Assembly (NCBI GenBank): GCA_032718475.1
Contig: JAUCBJ010000179.1
Span: 1-64,000, forward strand
Source of the DNA: Nemertoderma westbladi
Taxonomy: Eukaryota; Animalia; Xenacoelomorpha
DNA length: 64,000 nt
Direction: 5' to 3'
Below are positions 10,632 to 24,685 of this stretch, one piece after another; position 1 is the first letter of the stretch; each line of letters begins with the position of its first letter. The notes below the pieces were generated by a model that searched no databases, was not told where the DNA came from, and worked only from the letters and a program-made list of their open reading frames with translations. The position numbers and the translations under genes are program-made.

Positions 10632-11780
10632 CTACTACTACTAGGATCGGCATGCTGCATTGCAGCTGCATTTTTAAGAATGCGGTGCCGGCTTATTGAC
10701 AAAATTGCACTGCCAATTTGCTAGATCATCCGCATCTTCAAGAAAATCATGGGCCACCATGCTTATTCACTCCATGAGGCTGCCAAAGTACAAGATTATG
10801 CACTGGCTGGTCCTCACGGCGAAAGCAATGTCCTGCAAAGCGGAGGCGATTTTGTTCTAGTGTCAAGCTTAAGGGAACCAATGAGACACCTCCAATGTTA
10901 TATAGTGTCTGGTTAGAAATGTGTGCATTGTACTTTACACAATGAACTCGGCATAGCATTCTTGTGAATGTGCCATCCAGAGATTTGGTGTCCTCAGCAG
11001 TTAGAGCCCAGCATGTACTCCCATAGAGGAGTACCGGAACTACTGCTGCTCTAAATAATCGGACCTTAAGTTTCCGATTAATTCGTGGTGACTTCCAAAT
11101 CCTTGAACGCCTATTCAAGGCTGCCCATGCTTTTCCCTTACGTATTCGAAGGTCTTCACCTGACTTTCGAATCCATGATCCCAGGTAACAGAAGAAAATT
11201 TTGGTCTCATTTTGATCCCATATAATGAAACTATGCTGAACATACGTGAGCCAGAGACTGAATCAAAGGCCTTGAAGAAGACAACAAAGATAACAGCCAG
11301 GTGCCTGTCTTTCTTTTTTGATAACTCTTCAATTATCCTTCTAAGTGCCAAAATGGGCTCCATGGTCCCACGACCTTTATGGAACCCATTCTGATTTCCA
11401 CGGAGCAGTCTCTCAATGGGATCCCTGATGCGATTTAATATAATTCTATTGTTTAGCTTTGCAGCAATCGAGATCAATGACATTCCCCGAAAAGAACCAT
11501 AGAGTGTTAGGTTGCCTTTCTTGGGAACTGGCACCAACTTATTTGTTTTCATTTCTTGTGGGACTCTTGTTGTTCGGTACATGTCTACTATTGTGGGATA
11601 GATGAGCTTTAAACACTCAGGTATTTTAAAGACCTCAGGGGAACACCATCTACTCCACTGGCACGATTGGTCTTAATGCTCTTTGCAGCAGCCTTCACTT
11701 CTGCAAAGGAGATATCGCCAATGTGAATATCTGGGAGTACAGACTCAGACACGTTTACTTCTATAAAGTTATCAGGCAAT
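10632..11780 (-). mobile_element. 5'-truncated, internally deleted RTE-like LINE with (TAG)n tail
   Basis: RT fragments (VPVPKKGNL...FRGMSL, QNGF, FFKAFDSV, VLLYGSTCW, RLRFAGHC); 3' part matches 17506-18361; candidate TSD CCAACAAC at 10625 and 11781. Confidence 0.88.
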
Positions 11781-13577
11781 CCAACAACAATTCAGCCTAT
11801 GAGTTGCTTCTACAATCTGAGCAGGATTACACACCTTCTGCTCAATACTACACTTACAGATAAACAAAGTTGACAGAAATAATTAAAATCTCAATAAAAA
11901 ACCCGATTAACTACTAAGTATATAATAATCACAATCGAATGTTCGCGCTTTTAGACCTTTAACAGTTTAACCTGCTAATTTATGTGTCTTATGATGTCTC
12001 ACAGCCCATACAAAATATGACCACAGCCGAAGCCAGTCTAGCGCGGTGTATGACCCACCGTGTGTGGGAGACTGGATTCTATGGCAGAGATAGGGGTAGG
12101 CTACTTTGTATTATTCGATTGATCTCGACTATACAGTCTCCAAAAACTATGTTTATTTTCAGGGCAATGCCAACATTCCTCTAGATCCTGCGTTTTAAAT
12201 ACCACACATAGTTATGACTTATACTAATTACAACGGATGGTCATGAGATGACGCAAATGTTTACATTCTTTAGAAATTTATTATTAATCGCTCACGCTCA
12301 CGTAACTGACAATAGTGCTGAAATACGCTAATTTGCTGACTGTCACCAATTTTACTCACATATAAGGAGAAATTTAGCTCACGTACGTTGGGGGTTATGA
12401 AATAGCATAAATTCATACAGACCACTGTAATTTGAGCCAAGCAATTGTTACTAATGTGGGGCGAGCCACGAAGTGAGTGAGCCTTAGCATAGGGGTACCA
12501 TTAATCAATCTGTCGTTCTGTCGTGTTTTTTTTCAGTATTTTATTTTAAACGTTAATAACTCGGCCAATCCTTGATGAAATCTATCCAAACTTGGTACAC
12601 ATGTTGTTTGGCAAAATTTGAAAATTTTCCAAGTAGAATTTGCGTGGGGCCTTCGTGCAGCATCAGTGTAACTGTTATTGCAGTTATAATAAATTTATTT
12701 ATCCAAATTTAAAATGCGTTAAATTATTATTACTGTAGGATATATCAGCTGGGTTTCTGACAAATTTTGCAATACATTGGGGCTGTCTGCCAATCTGCAT
12801 GTACCATGTGCACCGGTACTGTCCGGCTGTACTCAATCCCTGAATCGAGAATCCTGCAATCAGTCAATACTGCAATAGTGGTCAGCCGGTACCATACACT
12901 GCAGACATGCCATATCATGTAATCTAATTAAACATGGCCCCGGCAACCCTTGTGGTGATTATAGTTTAGGCCTAATTAGCCCAGTACTGGCACCGGTAAT
13001 AATAATATAATAGTTTAGATAGTTACCGCTAATCATTCAGTCATTGGCACGGTACACCGTATTGCTGTACTGCCATTGTAGTTCGCACCGTAGGTACCAC
13101 CCTACTACCGGTACCGGCTGACTGGTGGCAACTAGCACTTCAGCACTTGCACAGCAACATCACTACCGGCGATACACAGGTTGGAATTTATGTAGAGTTT
13201 GCTCAACAGTACAGATATAAAATAGTTATCTAAATTATATATATTACTATTGACAAGTATTGAAATATATACCGTTATTCGTGTTATCAGTATTTGCAAC
13301 ATCTGACATTGAAGAGGTGAGAGAAGATGAATACCAGCACTCAACAAAACCAACGCTTATCACAGGTCGGTATGGTTACCTCGAAACCGGCGCGACTGTC
13401 CACTCGAATACAACTTCAAAACACAAATGCCAACAATAAACTGAAAGCGAATCGAACGTCTTCAGAAGAATCTGTCATTGGGACGAAGAAAAGGAAGCCG
13501 AAACCACGGGGATGGACCACAGCTAAGATTGAATGCTCCCATTGTCAGAGTTCCTGGACCGAAATTGAAACACCAAT

Positions 13578-15418
13578 GGGGTAGACGACTTTTCTTTGGT
13601 TTCATGTGAAAGAGCATGTGAAAAAACCCCAGAGAGCAATTTTGCTTCAAAAAAATTAATATTTGCCGAGTTATAGCAATTTTAAAACGCAAAATTAGCA
13701 ACATCGAAAAATCAGGCCGTTTCAGAAAACTGCACGAGTGACGTCAGCCATAACACAGCAACAGTTGTCAAGCGCAGTTGATTGGCTAATATAACGTATA
13801 ATATTGCAGTATCTAAAATAAAACATAATAAATGTAGCTATGTATTTATTTGGATGTGTATTTGTGTTGTGTTAAGAATCGATTATAGGATAGCGGCATG
13901 GAGGCAAATTATTCATATCAAGTTAATTATTCTAGAATAATATTGATTTCGCCCATACCTGTATCGTAGAGCTGTATGTAGCTAAAAACAAATATAGCTA
14001 GCTAAATACTGCCAGGCGTTTCATTAATCTATTTTTTAATTGTTTTTACAGCGAACAATGCGGGATGGGTAGATTAGAACTAGATGGAAATTATTTAGAT
14101 TTTTGTACAGTTCACTGTAAAGTGTTACTGGTACTAGTGTTGCCTGTGTCACCATTATTCTGCCTTTCATAATAGCTGTTTTTGGTTTGACATTCAAAAA
14201 TATCAAAATACCAAAAAATACCAAAACATAATGTTTTGGGCTATAGGTTTATGTTCTTGACATATTTTGGCTAGTTACATGTGAAAAAAAATGTTTTAAA
14301 GAAAATAAAAACAAATGTTTGTGGTAGCTAGTGTTTTCAATGGTATGTACTGTTTTAATATTGTAGCTAGTGTTTTTATAAAATACCACAAAATCTTATT
14401 TTTTGATGCCATTTCAGATGCCATTACACCAACGCATGTGGTAGAAGTAAAATGTCCAACATCAAAACATGCCATTCAAAAATCTTATCTTACACAATCG
14501 AATATCATAAGCGCTAAATTCATGTCACAAATCCAACTTCAAATGCATCTTTGCAATAAACAATGGGCCTTGTTTAGCATCGCAGATCCATCTTTTGAAA
14601 TAAATGGCGAAGTGAAAATAGTTGAAGTATCACATGATTCCATATACATGCAAAGTTTACTGAAAAGTAGTCGTAGTCGTAGCTTCTGGAAGGAATATAT
14701 TTCCCAAAATTGTGAAAAAATAGATAATTAAAAAATGTAAATTATACAGTAGTTATAGTTCAACTAAATTCTGATTAATGCTGATTGTATTGAGATGGCA
14801 GCTGAAGATATTTTTACTACGTCATCCATTACAGCTACATGGACTAACTATCAACTATCAATTGGAATTCAATAATTTAACTTGTATAAAAATAATTACA
14901 ATCGAAAAAGTGCGAATCCACAATCTAATCCAAAGTAATCTAAGTTTTGAAGCTGAATAAAACATCAATAAGCTACTGGATTTCTATCACCTGGCAGTTT
15001 TAGCTACAAATATATTTTATTTGTATAGCTAACAACTGTATAGTTTGGGAAAAATAATTATTATTCTGGAATAATTAACTTGTCATGAATCAATTTCCAC
15101 ATTAAGATATCAAATAATGTATTCTTAACACAACACAAAAACACACTAAATAAATATTAGCTACACAATTTATTTTAGTTACTAAGAGATTTATATTGTA
15201 TAGTAACCAATGAACATTTACTGCTGCACTAGTGACGTCACTAGTGCAGTTTTCTGAAACGGCCTGATTTTTCGATGTTGCTAATTTTGCGTTTTAAAAT
15301 CGCTATAACTCGGCCAATATTATTTTTTTTAAGTAAAATTGCTCTCTGGGGTTTTTCACATGCTCTTTCACATGAAACCAACGAAAACTCGAAAAAAATT
15401 TTCCGAGTCGTCTACCCC
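13578..15418. mobile_element. ISL2EU-type (PHIS group) non-autonomous DNA transposon
   Basis: Long TIRs GGGGTAGACGAC.../...GTCGTCTACCCC; AT on both sides (13576-77, 15419-20); internal YqaJ-like remnant. Confidence 0.8.
14400..14731 (+). pseudogene. YqaJ / lambda-exonuclease-like C-terminal fragment
   Basis: DAITPTHVVEVKCP...SQIQLQMHLCNKQWALF matches YqaJ motifs D..., EIKCP, QVQxQM. Confidence 0.78.
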
Positions 15419-16699
15419 ATTGCCGATGGGCTTGATCTCTCAAACCAAAACTTCCTCTGCGGGGTTTGCGCGGCAGTAAAGATTGAAAGTCTGGAAGCTG
15501 GCATCCCTAGGTATTATTATTATAAAGAGCGTCAGCCTGCGTTTAATAAATATATTTTAATACAAAACAGGTCGAACGCAAAGAGGCTTATAATGAAGAC
15601 GAGTACTGCATTGATTATATTCCTATAAACCACCTGGCTTTGCATATTGAACGTGCGTTTGGAAATAAGTTCGTGCTACCCTTCCGTGGGTGGTAGATGT
15701 CGCGGTTATGTATTGGTGGGAGGGGGGGGGGTGCAGATTAAAAGGGGTGAACACGTACTGTCCCCCTTTCTTTGATTAATTGGTGGTGTGGGTTAATCTC
15801 TCATAACCTGATTTTGTGATACAGTCGCACAATTTTATTTTGTATCTCATAACTGGGCCTCGTGCTGCGGGAAGGCCCCACGAACGTGTTCCCTTCTGCT
15901 TACCTCAATAATCAAGAAAGTCAGGGGAATTATCGATTATTCATAATTATTCTCCAAATATAAGCATCAATTAAATAGGTTACAAACCATAGTAATGAAT
16001 AACAGTGTATAAAACATTATAAGGTATGCGTTGCCGGCAGTGTCAGCAGTAAGTTTGATATCCAGAGTGAGTTTTAAGAGAGTAGAGTTAATTGATTTGC
16101 GTTCTGTGATTCTCTCTGGCCGCTGATGGTTCTGGGCAGAAATCAGAATCTCAGGAATGAAGGATTTGTCGCACTGCGACATTTACATATATAAACAAAG
16201 GCCGGTAAACTGAAAATCGCGCTGATTGAACGAAAAATAATATAGAACATACGGGACAAAGAAACAGCTGGCTGATTTCGTCATTATAGCTCTGTACCAA
16301 AACAGATGCTAGAGGGCATAAGTCTATACATTCTCCAATCCCTTTAAATAATGCTGGCCGTTTAGAGTAGTTTGCGAATTGCACAAAAACGACACATTTT
16401 TGCCACAAGAGCTTTAACATCCAACAATCTCGTAGGGTGTCCTTACAACGTACCTGTAGCCGACAGTGGAGTGGTTAGAGCATTTTTTATGTATTATTTA
16501 ATTATATATTTATTGTAATTTAATATCTACATATCCCTATAGTTGTTAAAGACCATTTCTAATACTTATTGTTCCAGTATGTAAAATTTCAAACGTCAAT
16601 AAGATTTTAAATTCAATCTTATATACCAATTCAATTGAATATAAACCAATTCAAAATAATATATCTTTTATATGTCCTGTTCATGTCCTGGCATTGGAT

Positions 16700-16957
16700 T
16701 ATTATATTGTGACACATAAGCTCAGGTACTCTCACTAAATGGTGAAACTGAGTTTTTCTCAATCCTGGCTGGCGTACTGCAAGGTGACACATTAGCACCA
16801 TTACTATTTGTAATCGTGCTGGATTACGCAATAAGGACAGCCACAAAGGGTGAAAATCTGGGATTCACACTTCAAGAACGCAGAAGTAGTAGATATCCGG
16901 CAACTACAGTCACAGACACCGACTTTGCGGATGACATCGCCCTGCTCTCTAATACGC
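16700..16957 (+). pseudogene. LINE reverse transcriptase fragment (RTE/RTEX-like, a second family)
   Basis: Manual translation GETEFFSILAGVLQGDTLAPLLFVIVLD...TDTDFADDIALLSNT. Confidence 0.85.
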
Positions 16958-16964
16958 CGATATA

Positions 16965-18851
16965 ACCGATATGACCACAGCCGAAGCCAGTCTAGCGCGG
17001 TGTATGACCCACCGTGTGTGGGAGACTGAATTCTATGGCAGAGAGAGGGGTAGGCTACTTTGTATTATTCGATTGATCTCTACTATATAATCTCCAAAAA
17101 CTATGTTTATTTTCAGGGAAATACCAGCAGTTTCTTTCAGGTGCTGCGCTTTAAATACCACGCAGAGTTACGACTTATACTAATTACAACGGGTGGATAT
17201 GAGACTGCACAATGTTTAATTATAATTAATTAATTAATTATAATGTATAATTATAATAATTCGCTCGCATTCACACAACTGGCAATAGTACTGAAACACG
17301 CTAATTTGCCGACTGTCACCAATTTTACTCGCATATAAGGAGAAATTTAGCTTACGTACGTTGGGGGCTATGAAACAGCATGAACTCATGCAAACCACTC
17401 TAGGCTATTGTGACTAGTATTCCCCTCCGCTTACCTCAATAAAACAAGAAAGTCAAGAGAGATACCGGTTATTCGTAAGTATTCTCCAAATATTAGCCGT
17501 AATCACAGTCGAGGAAATCCTGCCAAGTACCTAACTGATCTAGACTTTGCTGATGACTTAGGAGTACTCTCAGAATCACTAGAGGGAGCGCAACGGCTCC
17601 TCAGCTCATTAGAACATGCTGCTTCTAGTGTTGGTCTTTTTATTAACTCCAGAAAGACCAAAATTTTGACAGTTAACTTTGAAAGTCCTCAGCAAGTCTC
17701 TGATCGGATGAGCATAAGCTCAAAGGATGGTATGCTTGAGCATGTGGACGACTTCTGTTACCTGGGATCATGGATCCGGAAGTCAGGTGAGAACCTTCGA
17801 ATGCATAAGGGAAAGGCATGGGCAGCCTTGAATAGGCTTTCCAGGATTTGGAAGTCACCGAAAATTAATCGGAAACTTAAGGTCCGATTATTTAGAGCAA
17901 CAGTAGTTCCAGTACTCCTCTATGGGAGTCCATGCTGGGCTCTAACTGCTGAGGACACCAAATCTCTGGATAGCACATTCACAAGAATGCTACGCCGGGT
18001 TCATTGTGTCAAGTATAATGCACACATCTCCAACCAGACACTATATAACATTGGAGGTGTCTCATTGGTTCCCCCAAGCTTGTCACTAGAACAAAATCGC
18101 CTCCGCTTTGCAGGACATTGCTTTCGCCGAGAGGACCAACCAGTGCATAATCTTGTACTTTGGCAGCCTCATGGAATGAATAAGCATGGTGGACAGCCCA
18201 TGACTTTCTTGAGACGCATCTTAAAGGACACTGGCCTTGAAGATGCGGATGATCTAGCAAATGTCATGGGTGATAGGGAGTTGTGGCGGTGCAATTTTTT
18301 CGATAAGCCGGCACAGCATTCTTAAAAATGCAGCTGCAATGCAGCATGCCGATTCTAGTAGTAGCCGTAATCAAATAGGTTACAAACACAGTATTATAAC
18401 AATAATAAACAATATAAGTTACGCGGTGTGTGGCATTTAATCATCTGTCAGAATTTTAGTGAGGTATACGGTATGAGAGTACGAGAGAGATAATTTATTG
18501 TGTTTTATAATTCTCTGGCACTCTAGCCACGGATGGATGGTCTTTGGGCAAAGTCAGAAATGTCAGAATGAATGATTTCGTCACATTACGGTATACATAT
18601 GTAAACAAAGAATTCGCAAAGTGAAAATCGCGATGATTGAACGAAATATAACAAAATATAACACAGTCTCTACGCATAATGAAACAGCTGGAAAATTTCG
18701 TCATGTTAGTTCTGGATTAAGACAGACGCGTAGTTGCATAAGTTGATACTTCCTCCAACACCTTAGTTGGCCTTTTTAGAGTAGTTCGCGAATTGCACAA
18801 AAACGCCACATTTTTGCCGCAAATGCTTTAACAGGACAAGGTCTGTTTACA
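16965..18851 (-). mobile_element. Solo LTR B (one end truncated), interrupted by a LINE
   Basis: Colinear with 12015-12454 plus 15889-16447; ends GTTTACA; left boundary approximate. Confidence 0.72.
17506..18361 (+). mobile_element. 5'-truncated RTE-like LINE with TSD
   Basis: DLDFADDL RT motif and 219-aa C-terminal ORF (FCYLGS, VLLYGS, RLRFAGHC); (TAG)n tail; TSD TAGCCGTAATCA at 17494-17505 and 18362-18373. Confidence 0.92.
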
Positions 18852-19160
18852 CAGGTTACTCACCGAGCAACCCACCCAAGCTGTAGTATAGGTAAGTGTT
18901 AGAAGAAAGGTGATTGGTCACAAGCAATATCAATTCAGTTACTTGGTGGGTAATATACTGTAAGGAGAGATATTGTATATTGAATATTATAGTATTAAAA
19001 TATTAAATTTAATTTCATATTATTTTATATTCTATTATAATTCAATTATGTTCTCGGTTTACTATTCCAATTAAATTTGTTAGCCCCCCCCCCCCCCCCC
19101 CCCTGGCCGTTATACTCGTCCAAAGTTATTCTTAGCTGAATGTGTTAATTGATCCTTTAA

Positions 19161-19890
19161 GGGGGGGGGGGGGGGGGGGTAGCACCTCAAAATTGAACCT
19201 CACATTTTTGTGTCTCTGGACCATAAAATTTGGTGACAATTATTTTTTGTGCTACTAAACATCGTCTGGAATGTGTGAGAATAATCAAACCAAATATTTT
19301 TAAAATTGGCCCCAAAATGGCTCAGTAATGGCCAAAAGTGCCTTTTTGCGCCAAGGGCTATTTCTCCACCAATATTTGTTGAAATTTTGAATATAGTTTC
19401 AGAAGAACTTTGCATCCAATTCTTCTGAACAAATTTTTGCCTCAAATGCTCTGGTGCCTTTTTTAAACAAAAAGGCCCCAAAAAGGTTTTTTTGGGCCTT
19501 TTTGATATAAACAGGCTCCAGGGAATTTCCATCCAAATTTGTTCAGAAGTATGGAGAAGGGTAATCGTAACAAGTGTACCAAATTTCAACTCATTTCAGT
19601 TAAAATTGGCGGAGAAATTGCTTTTTTCATGAAAAAACGTCATTCTGAGATATGGGTGTTTAAAGTTTAAGGAACAATTCAAACCTTCCCGCTATTTTTG
19701 AAATTCAACGATATTTTTCATGCTTGCTAAACAGATAATTAGTAAAACAACGTTTTAGCAATTTTATTCATATCTGTACCGTGAGAGCCTTTTCTATGAA
19801 AACGGCCCCGTACAATTGTAAAATGTAGTGCTGCTCGAAGGCTTTTCAAAAATCAGACTATTTCCAAAATAGGTGGGTGCTACAACCCCC
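19161..19890. mobile_element. Possible degenerate Kolobok-like MITE
   Basis: TTAA then GGGG..TAGCACC at left; GGTGCTACAACCCCC at right; right TTAA absent. Confidence 0.35.
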
Positions 19891-21490
19891 GTACAATATA
19901 TTGAACAGACGTTCACACCTCACACCATTGATCATCACATAGTACGTAGGGTGAGTGAGGGAGACTTGACTTAGGGCACCCTCTCTAGCTTGACTAAACC
20001 AAACCCAGCCAAGCCAACCAACAACTCTTCCTTCCCTCTTTGCAATGTGGTAGCCCGCCAACTTGGTGATTGACAACTTAAACAAGATGCCGCTACGTCA
20101 GAAAGCGGCACGCATCAATAGAATTACAGGAAAACAATTAAAATGCTCCTGGATTGAAAATTATACAAGATGTTTATTATTAAAAAGTACCTTTCCGCGT
20201 TAAATTTTATTGCGGTTTTAATTAACTATTATTTATTTATTTCTTGTTAGGAGAACCATGTGAATGACCAGCTAAATTTGTAGAAAATTTGGGATAATAA
20301 TTTGATAAATTAATAATCGTATTTTTTGCATTTTTGCTGCTCTACTATAAAATAGACATGTTGAACATGTAATTATTACATTTCTTATGCATTTTTGAAC
20401 AAATTTACAAGAATGTGAGGTGGGGTTCAAGTCTCCCTCACTCACCCTACACACCCATAACCTGTAACAATAACATAGTCATATAAAATGCATGCCAGAC
20501 ATGTTCCCAGCAAGTATTGGAGTCTGTTATACTTTAGGTGAACTATGTACTAACCAACCGACATATAGACACAGTAGGATGCAGTTGAAATATGTACAAT
20601 AATTGATGATTTTCTGCCGATTACCAATTGTTTTCAGTTGCCATGCAACAGAGACAGACCTACTTGGTCAGGACTAAATGGTCTGAACTTAGCAATCTTC
20701 GAGGTACTTGACCCCAAATGGATTTTATTTGACTTTCATGGTAACTGCATTTCACATGAAACATTTCAGAAGGTCATATCCCCCCAATCAAATTAAGCTT
20801 TTTCTATAAATCTTTATCATATTGATTTAAATTTGTAACACAACTATTTCAAATCATCGTGGTTGTTACCATGAAGACGGAATTTTCAATTTTATAAGTG
20901 TTTTAAAAAAGGCTTTTGTAAAATAGCACCCTCTGAATCGTGGTCATTCTTCATATTAGTCTTAATTCTTTTCACATGAATAGAAAGCTTGCGTTGCAAG
21001 GATTCCAAATATGTAACAATAACTGAATTTCGTTGAGAAACAACTGAGATATGTGTTCAAAGATTGCAAGGAGTATCGTTCGCTGTATATAGGCCATTTA
21101 TTCTATTTAATAAAAACACAAAATTCTAGCACGTTTTATTAATTTTATTTATTTGTATGGAATTAATTTCGCACAACAAAATCGCCAGGACGACATTAAA
21201 CTTTTATTCAGTTGGGTACAGTTTAGAAAGCTCGGATTATTTAAATTCGTCCGTTTTTCCTATGTTTCGCATAGCGAACAATTGGTAAAACATATAAATA
21301 AAAGTATATATTATATTTCTAATTTATTTATGTTTTGAACATATGGAAATATAGGATAATTCACCATTTATAGACACAGAAAATAAATACTAGCAAAATT
21401 AATATGCCACCAACACAAACTTTGTGATTAACAATATAAGTTAGATCTAGAGTCTCGGCTACGGTTGATGTAATTCGTTGATCTTTGTCT

Positions 21491-23540
21491 CTATAAGGGA
21501 AAGACTTCGACTTCACAAAGCGTTAGATATTCGCTGATTCCGAGGAACACAACGACATAACGGCCAGTCTTCCCGGAGCAGGTGATGGTGTGGACGTCGC
21601 TGGCGCTGGTGATGGTACCGCAGAGGTTGACAGAGTTGCTAACCAGACTACGGAGGAACCCATCGTCTAGACTATCCACTATAAACACCTGTAAAACACA
21701 TTTATTTTATCACAAAATTAGCGATATGAATGGGTTAATCTTTTAGGCTCGTTTGGCCAAGGAAACCCCATCTAGGGATTGAACCAGGATGTCGCAGACC
21801 AAGCTGCTGCTGCCAGTGCGTGTATCGTACAGTGGATATTTTATATTAATGGAACGTAAAATAATAAATGCCGTCTGCGTGACCTACCTTAGCACCGATA
21901 ATCCGACACGACAGCTGTCCGACCTACCTTAGCACCGATAATCCGACACGACAGCTGTCCGACCTACCTTAGCACCGATAATCAGACACGACAGCTGTCC
22001 GACCTACCTTAGCACCGATAATCCGACACGACAGCTGTCCGACCTACCTTAGCACCGATAATCCGACACGACAGCTGTCCGACCTACCTTAGCACCGATA
22101 ATCCGACACGACAGCTGTCCGACCTACCTTAGCACCGATAATCCGACACGACAGCTGTCCGACCTACCTTAGCACCGATAATTCGACCCTCCGACCTACC
22201 TTAGCTCCGATAATCCGACCCTGACAGCAGTCCTGTCTGTTGTAGACCTTTACGTGGCTGATGGGAGTGATCTCCTGTAGATCCAGAGTCCACCACCCAG
22301 GGGCGATGTTATCCGTGTGGGTGCAGCTACCGTGGTTGTAATCCCCGTCGGTGTTTCCATCGTTACCGCGGCTAGCAACTCCGCCCCAACCGACCGAATC
22401 CATTCCGCTCGGGAGACCGATGGCGATGTTACCGGCCCCGACCTCAACCTAGTAATAACAATAATTAAATTCCTAGTTCCATAATCCTAATGGAAGAGTT
22501 ACAAAGTAAATAAAGTAACATACAAAGACAAAGTTTGCTACTGTGTAGTATTTGCTGCACATAACATGGTATGCATGCCGCACTATTATAGCTGCAGTAC
22601 TTACCTCGCACAGAGTTAGGTAGTTACCGTTGAGCTGAAAGACGACAAGGTAACGTCCGTGATGGCTGTCGCAGTCTACATGACTGGTGTGTGAGGCGCT
22701 GGAGATGGTGCCACATAGATGGGCGGAACAGGTGTCTGTGTTCTGGAGTGTGTCCCAAGAGACATCGTCTGTGACGTAAACCTCGGCCCCAATGATACGA
22801 TCAGCGCAACAATCAATGCGATTGTAAATAGTGACCATGCCAACAGAAGGTCTCTGATTTCCAAGGTCAACCCACCACCAATTGGGGGCCTGGTTGTCGG
22901 TATGGGTGCAGGAGTTACCGTTGTAGACACCATCTCGGTTGCCGTCAACGGCCCGACTAGATTGGCCATTATACGTGGTGGTATCCTAGAAACACAATTG
23001 GCATAATCTAATGTTATGTTTCAACATAAAGCACTACCACCCTACAACAATACAATTTCAATTTAATTTACCCTTTTAATAATATTAAATTGCACAATTA
23101 ATAATATTAAATTGCACAATTAATATTATACAACAAATATAAATTTGTTACATATCCTCCGACAGGCAACTGTAGCGAGCACTAAACTACAAGCTACAGC
23201 ACTAAACCACACAGGTTAATGGTGGTAATAACCATTTAACGGATTCTGTTATGCCTACTGGAATACTCTTTGTTGAATTGCAAATGATTTATATTTAACA
23301 TATTAATGATATAATTTATGGCATTAAGCAAAATACTGTTAAGAATAAACTACCTATATATCTACAGTTGACAATAAGTTCAGTTTCTCTAATAATAGCA
23401 ATTTATGAATAAAATTAATTATTCAATTTGTTCAACTTGTTATCATTAATACAACTTACCTGTCCCGTTGGCCGGTTAAGTGCGAGATTAAGTGCTGAAG
23501 TAGAAGCTATCAATAATAACACGAGCAGTAAACAGTGCAT
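21491..23540 (-). CDS. Secreted F-type lectin (fucolectin) with two tandem domains, 302 aa; exons 23540-23460, 22985-22605, 22448-22200, 21688-21491
   Basis: Signal peptide MHCLLLVLLLIASTSA; AVDGN/GNDGN, SCTHT, WWxxDL, NRxDCCxxR, GRY, LTLCEVEV in both domains; three GT-AG phase-0 introns give one open frame. Confidence 0.93.
21881..22192. repeat. 40-bp minisatellite (7 full units plus 1 partial) derived from the lectin exon 3/intron junction
   Basis: Unit GACCTACCTTAGCACCGATAATCCGACACGACAGCTGTCC resembles 22193-22233. Confidence 0.93.
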
Positions 23541-24685
23541 GTTGGTTTAGTATTATTAGATGAAAGAATGTTACAAATAGAAAAAATTAAGAAATAACAA
23601 AAAAACTACCTACAAGCACAAGATAGAAAAGATTCGCTAAATTCAGTTCAAAGAACTAACTGCAATAATTATAATTTATTTTATTTTTATACTTCAGTTT
23701 TCGAGTCCCCAATAATAGAGGTCAAAGGCCAAGCATTTCACATTGCACTGCTGTAAAGTGATTGGATTGTCAACTTCGAGGTAAGGTATACACTTGTACT
23801 TAGGCAACTGTACTCTATATAACAAGAGGTGCTAATTGCAATGAAGGCAATATTGGAGGTAAAGGATCGTGTGTGTGTAGCAAAAAGTAACCAATGGTGG
23901 CCCAGTGTGTGTTGATTTTCTATACTAATTTATTAAACCCCCACACCCTTTTCCAATACTTTATGATAACAATACCTACAACTACCAAATAAACGGCCAG
24001 TTGTCGTTATTAAATTGGACCCATGGGCTGGGAGGCAGCATAGGTAATACTGTAATTAATTACAGTTTATTGAACTATAATTATTGTCTGTTCGAGAATG
24101 GAATATACGGATAAAATTAATCCCTGAAGCAAATTAATCTGTATAACTGCTGCTGAGGCCAAAGCGAGAATTAATGATAAACTTGCTTAAAGGCATGGGG
24201 TTTTATTTCAATTTAGATTTACTATTATTTATAACATGTAATTAAATACAATAACTATTATTTGTACGTTCTGTAAAATAGCACTTGATAGGAAACAAGT
24301 TTGAGTCGGTTTCCTCAATGCGATGAAAAAAATAAATATGCAAAGATTTATTTATGGACGTAAATTTAGGGTTACAAGTTTTGTCAGCTTTTCTAAATAA
24401 CAACCATATTACTCACCCTTCGCAAATCACGTAAATAAGTGAATTCATTATTCGTCGCCCATGTGAAGAATACCAGATTTTCACTTTTCCGTCGATATTT
24501 TAATGGAATTTTATGTGAAGAATTTTTATAAATTTATCTTAATTATATTAAATGTTTTATTGCGGGTTATTTCTATATATTATATAGATAAATATAGAAT
24601 CAATATTAATTAAAAAACAAAATATATCTGTCGGATATGAGAACCAGTTGTATGCAATAAAGAATAATTAATGGATTAAATAAAA

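Larger units (their letters stand above)
12457..15886 (+). mobile_element. Copy of the TG-flanked non-autonomous repeat family, carrying cargo
   Basis: Left end TGGGGCGAGCCACGAAGT, right end GAAGGCCCCACGAACG; removing it restores colinearity with solo LTR B. Confidence 0.75.
11940..16447 (-). mobile_element. Solo LTR A, related to the element 2 LTR, interrupted by a nested insertion at 12457-15886
   Basis: Start TGTTCGCGCTTTTAGACCTT resembles element 2 LTR end TGTACGCGCTTTTATAGACCTT; shared GCCGAAGCCAGTC...GGGAGACTGGATTC block; ends TTACA; colinear with solo LTR B. Confidence 0.75.

Noticed and set aside
16700-18361. One LINE split by solo LTR B
   Set aside because: Both pieces contain their own FADD motif, and the second has its own TSD, so they are separate insertions
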